Source of the DNA: Bugula neritina
Taxonomy: Eukaryota > Animalia > Bryozoa
Direction: 5' to 3'
Length of the DNA: 64,000 nt
NCBI GenBank assembly: GCA_964035545.1
Contig: OZ037765.1
Coordinates: forward strand, 8,876,698-8,940,697
Under the pieces are notes generated by a model. The model did no database searches, was not told the origin of the DNA, and saw only the letters and a list, made by a program, of their open reading frames with translations. Positions 20,601-33,065 of this stretch are shown one piece after another (the first letter of the stretch is position 1; each line of letters begins with the position of its first letter). The position numbers and the translations under genes were made by a program.

Positions 20601-23330
20601 TTAATGTTTTGGGGAGTTGTTTCCACCACCAGTGGATTTTTCAGGCATTTTCTCTCCAAAAGCTTCCATTTCCTGATGTAGTGAGATCATACCATCAGCC
20701 ATTTCATTGGACCAGTAGCCTATAGGTTCATCGTTGATTGAGCTTTGTGATTTATCCAAAGTTTCTTTCTAAGAATAGATACAATTAGTAAAAAGGAACG
20801 AATATTGTCTGACAAAACATAATTTGTAAATGATTATAAGTTTTTGTGTTGATAATGATACATTGCAACTTTTGTAATATATTCTGCTAACAGAGTTTCA
20901 ACAACTTTGAAATACTTCAATTAAAAAATAGCAGAGAAACAAGAAATTATAAATTCTATACAATATATTCACCTGCTCATCTTTCTTAGCAAACTTTTCA
21001 AACATTCCATTATAATGATTTTTCAGCTTCAACCTTTCTCTTTTAGCTAATTGCTTTGCAGAAATTATGCCATTGTGAGCAGCTTGATTGGATGGGTAAT
21101 GAGATATAAGTTTTTGAAAGTTAGAAATTGCCTCCTCATAGTCCTTTCTACCTAATAAAGCCTACAACCATTAAATAGTATTTTGTACAAAATACAAGCC
21201 AAAAAACACATAACATTCTTCGAGCTTAACAGTGTCACACAGTAATGGAATAATATCTATGCATGCATATTACCCACAAAAGCTGTAACTATATTAAAAT
21301 CATTATATAAAAAATAACATTTAGCAGTAGCACTTGAATGCAGTTTTTTATTTTAAGGTTAGTGGACACTGGGAGATTTCTCAACTAGTCTAAATGTTGA
21401 CCCGTAAACCAAAATGAGCACAAGAGAACAATTACTTACCTGAGCTTTTCTAAAAAGTGCCTTTTCATTTATGGGGTCAATGTGGAGTGCCATATCACTG
21501 CTATCTACAGCCCCGTTCCAAGACTCCAACTTGAGCAAACACAGAGCGCAATTGAGGTGCAGTGAAAGAAGACATGATTCCCGTAATTTAGATTCTTCTT
21601 CAGTGTAGCCAGGAGAATAATCCAAGAACTTTACAGCTTTTTTATACATTCTTAGGGCCTTGGCTACACAGTCCCGCTAAAATTGACAACTTGACCATTT
21701 TTAGTAAAATATTTAAATGTTCACACTCATTGCTTACAAGTATAAAACACAAAAAATGCTGCTAATAAAAATATATTTTGCTAAGGTAACCCACAAGCAG
21801 GCAATTTTCAGATTAGGAAATAGTACATTTTTAGCGTACACGCGCACGCATGCACGCACGCACGCGCGCACACACACACACATATATATATACATATATT
21901 ACGTACACACAATACACATATGCATACACCGACATATACATATAAACAATGTTATGGCTAATGCTTACTTTAAACAGGAATGTCCCATGGTCTTTCTGCT
22001 TCATGGCTAACTCAAGTTTTTCAGATGGCCCCATATTCCAATGTTCTTTTGCCTAATAAAATGAATAGCAACACTGAAACTGCTGCTTTGGAATGCAAAG
22101 ATCATAAATGTGCATATTTTGATTGATTGCATGAAAATTCACTGGATATACTTGAAGTATCAGCATAATATACTGATATATATATTTATATGGTTTGATA
22201 TATAGTATGCAGTCTAGGGCTTGATTGTCTAACAAGATGTCACACACTTCGGAAATTAGCCTTCTTACATATGTACTTTCCATACTTAGCATTGTGCATA
22301 CAATTTTGAATTTACTTTATGTTATGGCAATAGATAGATAATTATACAATATTCTAACTGCTGCCTCTACCTTCAAGAAGTTGAGAAGTTGCACTTCGTA
22401 TTGAACAGTAGCATCAGCTGGTATGTTATATATTTCCGACCCAGCAGTTCCAAATGCATACTTCGGCGATAACGTCAACAAAGACTTTTCTCCACATTTG
22501 AATTTCCGAAGAGCTTTTTCTATGCCATTGACAATATCATATTCTAAGCCATAGTCAAGGTCAAATTTCAGGTCGCGGGTATCAAATATTCGCCCTTCAT
22601 ACATTCCTTTAATGGCAACTGAAATAAAACAAAAACAGTAAATAACAGTAGACACATTGCTGATGAATAGTTTATTATTCAATGATAAATAAGTACACAA
22701 AACCAACACTATAGTCTTACTTTCAACAGTTGCACCATCGTTTGGTGAACTTCCATCATCACCTTGAATTAAAATTGATCTGATAATTCCTCCATTTTTG
22801 CTGGATGTGATATCTTCTCCTTCAAATAAATGGTTTTTTTTTAAATATACTGGTTGTTAATTGCTATATATTATTCAAAATACAAAATACGAGAATGCTG
22901 TAGTTTGAAGTGTATTTGACAAGACTTAACTAATGTCTAGAATTGGTAGTATATTCCTCTAACTTGTAGGAGCACAAAATTTTCTGAATAAAGAACATTT
23001 TAGATGTGAATTATTAAAATTTTCTAAAACTTTGATAAAATAACTACAGCACATCAGCAGGAAATACCAAAGTATAGTCATAAGCTACAAACAATTTAAT
23101 ACTTACAACAATATTTTCTTGGTAAATAATTTCTTAGTAAAATAGCCAATGAAAGAATTTTTAGGTGAACAAATAATTACCAAATGTTTCAACAATACCA
23201 CAATGAAGGCCAGCAAGGTTATGCTGCAAAATTTTAAAATAAAATTTTAAAACAGTTTATAATGAACCTTTATCACCCCACCATCTTTAGTGTCAGTTAG
23301 AGCATTCTTTTCTCTTATTTTTTCATCCAT
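20601..23330 (-). CDS. FKBP4: FKBP4/FKBP5 (FKBP52/51)-like immunophilin with FK2 and TPR domains, apparently lacking most of FK1
   Basis: Exons 23268-23330 (MDEKIREKNALTDTKDGGVIK; the exon may begin at 23380 with further upstream coding), candidate 23181-23223, 22721-22819 (GEDITSSKNGGIIRSIL...PNDGATVE), 22371-22618, 21969-22052 (AKEHWNM...EKLE), 21440-21676 (LHLNCALCLLKL...NEKALFRKAQ), 20973-21161 (YNGMFEKFAKKD) and 20601-20768. All are GT-AG and in phase. The symbol marks the family; orthology was not tested. Confidence 0.85.
21838..21900. repeat. (CACG)n/(CA)n/(TA)n compound microsatellite in an FKBP intron
   Basis: Directly visible. Confidence 0.85.
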
Positions 23331-25659
23331 GTTGTGACTTGAACATTTGGAGAAATCAAAATTATTCTCTTTCACTTCAGCTGACACAATAAACGACACA
23401 GCATCTATCAAGAAATATTTCTATACAACTACAATGGCAAACATATTTATATTAATATTTAATTCTATATAATATAAAATAATAGTTACACCAACATTAT
23501 TTTAAACACTTATGCTATGTATTGAACTAGCCTTGTCAATACACCACATAGATGCATATTATGACATACCACATTTTATGTGCTGGGTTACTTTTTATTC
23601 TAATGTCTATTTGTTTAAACTCATTATATACAGTTTTTTTCCATATCAATATAAAAGCCAGTTGTTATTCTGTCACTGTTTATCTACATGTATTTTTATG
23701 TCAGTTACTTGTTAGCTTCAATACAATATAGTCATACATTCTACTCTACAGCCAATCTTACTTATACGTGCTTAATCTTACTGTTTATTCTTGTTTAACA
23801 TAAATAACAAGAACACAACAATTTACAAATTAAAATACAAAATTATTATTACAAAATTAAATCTCATTATATTAATATTGAAAATGAAATAACTATTAAT
23901 ATTTAAATTTAGATTATTATTATATCTAATTTCATAATTTATAACTAAAATCGTTTTAAAATTCAAAATTATGATAATAATTATTACCACTAAACACCTA
24001 ATGATTATTCTAAGTATCATTATTATAATTATATAATTTGAGTCATCATTAAAATTTCTCTTTATTTGAATTTTCCGTTGACACTGACAATCACAATGAG
24101 TATGGCTATGAGTGACAGTATGACACTGTTAAGTGTAAATCCAACTGTAAGACTACTCAGTAATACTAATAGTAACAGTAATATTAATTACTCATATTAA
24201 TACTAATAATAAGTTACTAACTGCATATTTTACTAATAATTAGTATTACTAATATGTAATTACTATAACTATAAATATTAGTATTAATACTATAAAGTTC
24301 TTTTTGCACTAGACTGGGCTTGGGGACTGCACTTCATTTGGGCCAGGGTTCGTGGCGGTCCACTACTAGTTCTATTGCTAATTCAATTGCAAAGCTAAAA
24401 TGACTCAGCTTAACTCGGCTATATAGCAGGCTACTGTTAGCTATTAAGCTGTTGCACTAAAGAATAGCCTTTATTTTAAGCTATTAGTATTGGTATTTAT
24501 AGCAAACAGATGACTGAATACAATTAGTATTACTGAATTAGTAATCAGTAATCTACTAGGCGTAGACCAACAAGGTTTCACGGTTGGTAATGGTTGATGA
24601 GCAAAATTAGTTGCTGATCAGTGATTGATTCCTAGTTATAAATATACGTTAGAAATAAAGATGAAATCCAACCCGTGCACCTTTCCGGCCTAATAGTAGT
24701 AGTACTTGTAGTTTATTCAATAGTAAATGAGCATCAGACTCTGCTTATGCAACAGAAACCACAATTGGTCATAACTCATAAGTCTTGAGAACGTGAAGTG
24801 AAAACTTCATAAGTATTTTAATACTAATAGTATAATCACTAATACTATTAGCATTAGTATTACTATTACTATTAGTATTACTATTAGTATTAGTATTAGT
24901 AATACTATTAGTATTACTAATACTAATAGTAAATGTAATAGTAATACTAATACTAAATAAAATAGTAAATTTAATACTGTAATAGTAATACTTATACTAC
25001 TAATACTAATAGTAATGACTAATTAGTAATTACTATTATTAGTATTACTATTACTATTAGTATTGGTATTACTATTAGTAAATTTAGTAAATAAGTAATG
25101 ACAAATTTAATGTAAATCACTAAATGTGTAATGCCAATGGTTATGATAGATTACTAAAAGTAAAAACAATATTATGTTAGTATTAAATATTAGTATTAAA
25201 GTAAGTGTTACATTTACTTTTGGATTTACACACTCGAACTCCTTAGAGCCTACCGAAGAGTTAAAGTTGATAGATCATACTCTTACTGGAGCCTACAAGT
25301 ATTGAAGTAATGAAATGAAATGAAAACTTGCTTCATTCCAATTGCCTTAAACTTAGAGCAGTTCCACGATTGTACCTGAAGTCGACGAGGGGCGGGGGGT
25401 AGTAAACTAAATTCCAAGAAGAGAAAAGTTTGTCCACTGAGCTGGAATATTATTGAGTTCGATGAGTTTGTCCCTTTCGACTTCACACCGTGACCAAAAC
25501 ATATTTCGGAAAGACTTCGGAAAGTCCGCATTGTTTAAACAGGAGACAGGAATCGGTTTTTCTCACTGAGAAGATTGGCCCGTGGTGTTTCGTTCTCTGC
25601 TGATGAGAAGACAAACCTAAGAAGCAGCGCGCTCGCTCACTATTGAAATGTTCTTTTAA

Positions 25660-26000
25660 TGAACTAATATTAAAGATTCCGTCTTGCCATTTGATCCGGA
25701 GTACAGGCCTCAGACAGCAGAGATGGAAGCTGTTCTAACAGACCAACACTTTTTCTAACTGGCATAGAATATCCAAGCTTTGCTGTAGTGGAGTAGTGTA
25801 AACAACACACAACCTCTGTATACATGTGTCCTGATATGTTTGCTGATGGGCTGTTGTTTTCTTCCCTCCTATGTAACTTAAACATATTGTGGAAGCTTTG
25901 ACACACCTTGAGTTGATTTCAGACTGATGAGAGAGGTTTGCACTGCTGGTTAGTTTTAACACTAATTTTTCTCGATTGAGCTTAGCTCCTGACTTCCTAT
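25660..26000 (-). mobile_element. RTE-clade LINE RT C-terminal fragment
   Basis: Frameshifted SEINSRCVKAST...ISKHIRTHVYRGCVLFTLLHYSKAW...NSFHLCCLRPVLRIKWQDGIFN matches the RTE pattern TLLYGSETW...FHLRCLRRILxIxWQD. Confidence 0.8.
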
Positions 26001-26680
26001 GCAGATGCTCAGGTGTGAGTCAGTACTTGGTCACATTACTTCCCCTAGTTATTGCTAATGGCGAGACCATAGCCATTACACAAAAAAAGTCAGTGATTAA
26101 CTAGTCTCTAAAGTGTTTTATGTGTGTGCTATCAGAGCAGCCTTATCAGTAAAAAAAGGCCGTCTCTAATGCTGACCTGCCTTACCTTGGTTTTGGCTCG
26201 TAATCGAGCCAAGTTGTGTACAGCTTGTGCCAAACCTAGTTGTACAAGCTAGGAGTATAGACAACTCCTAACATCTTAGTCATATTATTGTCCATCCTAT
26301 TATACCTCCATTAGCCCATTCTGTCTGACACTGATTAATAACTTATTCAAGCAATTGCCAAATTTTTATTTTATTAGCTTTCAGCAAATATAAATTTTCA
26401 GCTTTATAAAATATATCAATTTTTTATTATTTAAAAATTATTCAGTTTCAACTTTTACACTGCAACTTGATAGAGTTGATTAATACTTCAGCTAGTCACT
26501 AGCGCTAATAGTATTATGATTATCAAGTGAAAAAAGAACTGCGTATTTGTAAAATAAGATTAACAGTATATTCATGGCAATATTCATGGCAATCAAACAC
26601 ATCACAGAAAGTATAAAAATGTTGCAATGCACAAATAAAGTGTCTATTTTTCAATGGCTTTAATAAATTTCGAAAATAAA

Positions 26681-28656
26681 TTAAATACCTTTAATAACTA
26701 TATTGATAAATTGAGATTTCATACTGTTGGGAATCGGTAATTGTTGGAGCGATTGATATTGACGATCAATTTGCTTCCAAACAACTTTTGCGGCCAAAGT
26801 CTTGAGTCGCAAAAGTGGAGGGTTTAACAAAAACCTTTTCAAAGCAGGAGTGAATAGTTCTTCAACTTCCTTAGATAGAAATTCTGCTGTTATTTTACTA
26901 GCTTTACACAAAGTATTATAGTCCATGCAGTAAACGATCCATTTAAGAACGGGGTTCTCGCTAAGTGTTTGCAACATAATCTGGTCGCCACGATTGCGTG
27001 CTTCATACATCGACATAATATAATGATTGATGGGATAGAGATGCTCAGCTCTGTCACTGCACCACTTTACTGTAGGAGTGTTTGTATCTACACCATGCCA
27101 CAAGTATCTGAACACAACGTGCTCAAGATTCTTTTGTATTGATCTACTTCGCTTGCCACGACCCATTAACTTGAGTATCCCTACAACACATAAAATAATT
27201 ATCAAAACAAAAATTGAAAAAATTAGCTAAAATCTGTATCGAAATAATCAAATGCTGCTTGGTTGTGTCAATTGAAACTAGTGCACAAATTTAAGTTACT
27301 GAAAAAAACTAAAATATTAAGTAAAAAAGTAAATTGATTAAAGCAATTGACAATTATTTCATAGCTGCAGAGCAACCAAAAATAAAATAATTAAAAGAAG
27401 AGAGCTGTCATCATACCAGATAAATCAGTAGCTTCTAGCTGGCAATCTTCTGTTTTATACGTCAAAAGAATATCGACGGTATCTCTGATCATTTCACTAG
27501 AAGCTAGATTAACATCCATTAGGTCCTTATATGCACAGTGAGACACGACATCAAATGCCGATCTAAATGGGTTTCGGCCATACATAACTTCACCAGTGAC
27601 TTCAGCTCCGATTTTAACTTCATTTAAATTTAATTTCACACCATCTAAAAATGGAAGCAAAAATGTCTTCTGCTAATCACATGATTATGTAAACAGATGA
27701 AAGTCACTTTGATCTGTACCTGGTGTGTTCAGTTAAGTTGATGAAGCTATAGTATACTGTATAGTATAGTATATATAGTATAGTTGGCGAATTATTGAAT
27801 TTCATTGGTCTACTTATACCAATCTCTTTTGTAGGTAGCACCGAAAAATGTGCTTCAAATATAAAAAACACCAGTTCACATTCCTATTTAAAATAAATTT
27901 TATAGTAAAACAACTTAGAACTCACACCTTGTTTTAAAATAAGTTTGAGGCAGGACAACAACTGTTGGCTTGCAATGCCATCAGAAACGTACTCTTCTCC
28001 ATATGCACGGACGTCCTCAAATATCAAGAATAAGAGACTGTAAAGAGGGTAACTGCAGATGGGAAGAAAAGAGGATGCCTTACAACCTGCATGATTTTAC
28101 AACAAACAAATCATGTCTTACACTACTATATTATACTTATATCAATGTACATATCAATATAATACTTGCACCAATATACATACCAATAAAAATATATTAT
28201 ACCTAATGCAAACTATTAAAAAAACGTCAATTTTATATCAAAGATGTATGAGCAAATTTGTTGAGATTTAGGTTATGTGTAAATTGCTAGAAATAACAAA
28301 AACACACTTTTAAACTAGTCTAAATTGTGACATTAAAACAATTTACTACAGCATAAAAGTTTGTTCAGAATGCAACTGACCAGCTTTAAGGAGGATCTGT
28401 GTAGTCTCCAGGAGTCCATCATGCCTGCTAGTATGGTTGTTATAGCCTGAAGAGTACATGTACATAAAGTGAAAGGGGTTCATTTTTCCAACATGCAATT
28501 GCTGACTCATGTTTGTTTCTGAGAGAAGAACATTTAAACAGAAATGCCGTCTATACTGCAGGCATAAATGATAAGCGTTCTACAAAATTAAAATAAACAT
28601 AGTTGTTATTGAAAAACTTGAATTGATCGACAATTTGTAAAAAAAATTATTTTCAG

Positions 28657-28715
<59 letters not shown>

Positions 28716-29728
28716 AATATATATAATATATTTATTTATTTACATGCAATAATCAAGAGTTACAAAATGTGAACTGATCACCCAGCTCCAGAACCCTCAT
28801 ATAAATAGACAGTTAAACAGTGAGCTTTTTACTTTATACAGAGAAGAACCACTTCCAACTTTTCTTACAAAATAAAAACGATTTATTAGCCAAAAAAAGC
28901 AGCTAAGGCTTACATTTTAAATAACCAAGCAAATAGCTGACAATTGTATAATTTTTCACTCACTCAATACATTGTCTCACCTCAAAATCATCAGCAGTAA
29001 GACCAACTTTTACGAGCATTGCCAAAGCAGCTGGGTGATTTATCTTGCATAACAGAGATGCTGGCGATGCTTTCTTTAAATCAGGCACTCCATTGAGCAT
29101 GACTAATAAACATTTCAGATCTTTGTTTGCTACTACAATATCTAATGCCGTCTGTCCAATAAGGAATGTTTGTTTTGAATTTGACTGAAAAATCTCATCA
29201 TGGTGAAAACACGGATTTGGATAACACACCCTTCCTTTGATGTGAAAATCCCCAGAACGAGCCTACAATTGATAAATGTACCTATTTTATGTTTACTTTA
29301 AAACTGTTATTCTAAAGTATGAATAATGTCAAAAGTTTTATGTCGCACAGTTTCTTTCAATCAATGGTCAACTACTTATATTTAACAACTGCATATTGCA
29401 ATTTATAGTAAATAATGATTTAAACTCTAGAAGATGGTCATACCGCAAGAATTGTCTGTATCATAGCAGGGTTTCTAAGCTTACAAGCAAGATGGAGATA
29501 CTCATTACATGGTGGATGATAGTCCAATGACGGACAATTTTTCATTAATAAATAAGAAACAGCATCAGTATTTCCAGATATAATAGCCTCTTGCAATATA
29601 TCAAAATTGCGATTTTCACCAAAGTACTCTTTTATGACACATTTATTCAACAACTCATCTATCTCATCAAGACTGGTGTCTGATTTCACTAGCGATAAGT
29701 GCATCAAAGAGCTTTTTTCACCTGTCAT
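26681..29728 (-). CDS. Ankyrin-repeat and SOCS-box protein (ASB-like), 6 coding exons
   Basis: Exons 29444-29728, 28981-29262, 28381-28579, 27926-28086, 27417-27672 (NAGNAG acceptor, alternative start 27669) and 26681-27180 join in phase. Ankyrin-like segments (LQEAIISGNTDAVSYLL, YLHLACKLRNPAMIQTIL, GQTALDIVVANKDLKCLLVML) and a C-terminal SOCS box (PLLRLKTLAAKVV...LQQLPIPNSMK). Confidence 0.8.
28662..28730. repeat. (TA)n microsatellite
   Basis: Directly visible. Confidence 0.95.
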
Positions 29729-30373
29729 TTCCTGCAGCTATTTCATAGTCCTAAAATGAAATAAAACTAAAGGTAAAATTTATATATTAAATATTAGTTA
29801 ACGAGCAGCAAGTAATACGCTGAGACTCATTTTAAAAGATTCAGCTATTCAATATTTTAAAAATTAGTCAGTAAATTATTAAATATTTAAAAGTTTCAGC
29901 TAGCTGTGCCATTTTTATGTCAAATAACTTTTAGTGCTGATACTTGAATCACAAGTAAAATGACTCAGCCGACATTTATTTACATTAAAAAAAATTACTT
30001 TATCAACTTTAATACCTGACCATTATAACTTATATAAAATTCACCAAGTTCAACTGTAAAATACTTGTTTCTGAAAAATAGCCTGAAATCATAGGATCTT
30101 TAATTAAGCAAAAATTCATGAATGATGAAAATCTGTTTGTCATGTAAAAAGGTAAGCATTAGAAAACTATTCAGGTATAAATAAACTAGTTGCGAAAATG
30201 AACTAATTTAAATCTAATACTACGGTTGTTATAGAAATTACAACTAATGAACTGGTATTGTAGTAAATCTGAGGATAGAACTTATGTCATCACTATATCA
30301 TTTTTGTTATTTACTATTTAAACCATTCATTGCGTAATTTCCTTTGTAAATTAGTTTCTTTTGTGAGTTTCCA

Positions 30374-30710
30374 CTTCGGTCAAGCCGGACACCTTAAAAC
30401 TATTCGGGATGTCTGATTCTACATCGGGATTCCAATTCAAAATAAAAAATAGCTTTTAACTGGGAAGCGTCCGAGTGGAAAGCGTCTAAGTGGGAAATTC
30501 AGCCTAACCTCTAACTAGGAATCGTCTATCTGGGATGAAGCCCCCTTGCCAAGACTGATTAATAACAGAAAAATACCTGCTTTTTATACTAAGATCCCTC
30601 GCACAGAGGCTCGATCTTCGGCCCAAATTTGGGTGTCCTGTCCTGTCGGACATAAGAAGCCTCCGGACCGGACATCTCGACCTATTTCGACGTGTTTGAC
30701 TTAACCGAAG
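30374..30710. mobile_element. MITE-like element with imperfect 19-bp terminal inverted repeats
   Basis: CTTCGGTCAAGCCGGACAC versus GTGTTTGACTTAACCGAAG (15/19 complementary). GC-richer interior with short GGAA(A)GCGTC tandem units. Confidence 0.5.
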
Positions 30711-31802
30711 ATCAAAACCCTCAGCCATACGAGAGATTAACAATCACGAAGAAAATAGCTAATGTAAATAAAAACAATTAAGGCATTTTAACAATAGTAT
30801 CAAAAATAGGTCCCCAAATTTACCACAATGGGAGGGATTCTAGTTTTTAAGATTTGGGCAAAGAGCTTTCTCTTAGGTTTGAATTTAGCCAATCATGCAA
30901 TTAGCTTTGGCAATTAGCAATTAAGCTTGTAGCAACATTTCGGATTGTCTAACAGCAGCATTTCAACTAACAACCCCTGAAATATTTGGGGTCGTCTAAC
31001 TGGGGGTCACCTATCTGAAATGACACCTTTAAGTTTATTACATATTACACTTACAGTTTATTACATAACTAGAAACTCCATTTAGTTTTACTAAATTGAA
31101 AAATGATTATCAAACCATAGTCATAGTGATATTGAATAGTCTGAGACTGAGTAGTAATCTAACTAATAGTAATACTAATAGTAAAACTAAACACCAATAG
31201 TCTTAGGCAATGGCAATGCATAATTACTTTATCTTAATCATAATGATAATGAATTATTAAAAATAAATGATAAATTACTTATTACTATTAGTATTAGTAA
31301 AGTAGAATTAAACTAAAGAAAAAGTTAAAAAGGACATCAAAATGAAAATGTCAGTGAAGCTTGCACTGTCAAAGTGAGTATTATATTTGCTGAGTAAATG
31401 ACCTTGGCTAAAGCATATGGCAATAAATAATTACAATACTTTGTCGCCAACTAAAATTTTAAGTCGGGAAGAGGGAAACGATGACAAAAACGACCATGTT
31501 TGCCATAGAAACACGTATAATGGAGATTGGTGCACGTTATAAACGACTCGTGAGCGTTTCTGCTCGTCACGGGTCGACGAACGGCTCAATTTAATTTGAA
31601 TAAAAAGTTGTGCTCTCTCGATAAAGAAAAGACAACTTTTAAATGAATATATATTATATGTAACTGATGGGAATGAAACCAAACAGAAGATCTACATGCA
31701 GTATTCTTAAGCCACATTAGTATCCAAGTACAAATGAAATGTAATTTGAAGTATTGAAATATTTCATAAGTTATTCATAAATAAAGGAGACCAAATACTC
31801 AC

Positions 31803-32670
31803 CCTGACTGATGGATGACTTGTGATTGTCACAGAGTGTGACAATAACTTTGCCTTCATGAAGAGCATTTTTCTTCTCAGTTATAAAATATCTTACAACT
31901 TGAATTAAAGAAAACTAACAAAGTAGCATAATCAATATTGTTAAACAAACTATGAGTAGAAATATAATTAGTTGTTGTATTGAATGTTGTAAAACATAAA
32001 CAGCTAGACTCTGTACAAACAATTATATGGTATCAGGTGTTCAGCTGGTTTAAAATTAAGGTAGCTTCTGAACCAAGAGATGTAACTCATATCTTATTCG
32101 TATATGGGCTATGAAACGTAATCTTCTCACACAAAAGCTGTAACATTATTTTTAAAAAACTGCATGATTTTTGACTCGTGAAAGTTAGCCAAAATAGTGT
32201 TTCCTTGTAATTAAACAAAAATGGGAATTGTCACATGTAGCCTTTCAGCACACAATTTACACTCAATTTAAATACATTTAGAATATTATGCAACTTCAAC
32301 ATATTTATAATACAAATAATATAGAAAAGGATACGGTTGAAGGATCTTGATTAAACCGTAATCGTTCTAGCATGGTGATCTCATTTTCAGTTCTCGGGTC
32401 TCTCAGCATAGCAGCCTCTTTAGCTCGTATCTGGTAACACAAGGGATAACATTTAAAGTGATGCAAATGCTTAATGAAAAGTGTAGGTGGTGAAAAACCA
32501 AATCAGAACACATTAATGCAAAATCAAATTTGTGTTTCAGTATGTTGGCCATAAAAATATTTCAATAATTTTCGTTATATTCAGGGAAAAAACCTATTAC
32601 ACAACAAAAGACTCCCATAGTTGTTAGAAATGACATACCCTCTTCTAAACAGAAGGTAAGGAAACACGAA
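31803..32670 (-). pseudogene. CDT1: Probable CDT1 pseudogene fragment (C-terminal exons)
   Basis: Exon-like blocks about 32639-32670, 32335-32430 (IRAKEAAMLRDPRTENEITMLERL, frameshift, LIKILQP) and 31803-31891 (YFITEKKNALHEGKVIVTLCDNHKSSISQG) resemble CDT1 IRAKE...[24 protein letters not shown]. A frameshift and a stop are present and the other exons are missing. Confidence 0.5.
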
Positions 32671-32729
32671 CTTTCTCTATATTCAGCTTGCTTATTATAA
32701 ATACATCTATATATTAAAAGCACAACAAA

Positions 32730-33065
32730 AATTAAAAAACAGCACCAGCATTTTAAGGTATAATAAATAAGCTCTTGCAAAATATCAAATTTATGATTTC
32801 CATCAAATCTATTAAAAAATTAATCAATCAATTATTAAGACTGGTGTCTGCTTTAATTATAGTGATAAGTGGATCATTATCAAAGAGCTTTTTTCAGTTG
32901 TCTTTTCTTGCAACTATTTTATATTCCTAGAAAGAAATAAAACTAAAGGTAAACTTTATACATTACAGTGCAACAAATTTAAGTTGGAACTTATTTTAAA
33001 GGATTCAATTATTGAATAATTGGGAAAGTAGTAAAAAAAGCATTGGATTTCAGAAAGTTTCAGCA
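32730..33065 (-). pseudogene. Decayed duplicate of the ASB-like gene's first coding exon and upstream intron
   Basis: Aligns by eye with about 29550-29900 (gactggtgtctg..., caaagagcttttttca, aaataaaactaaaggtaaa, aaagtttcagc). The ATG is lost and indels are present. Confidence 0.75.
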
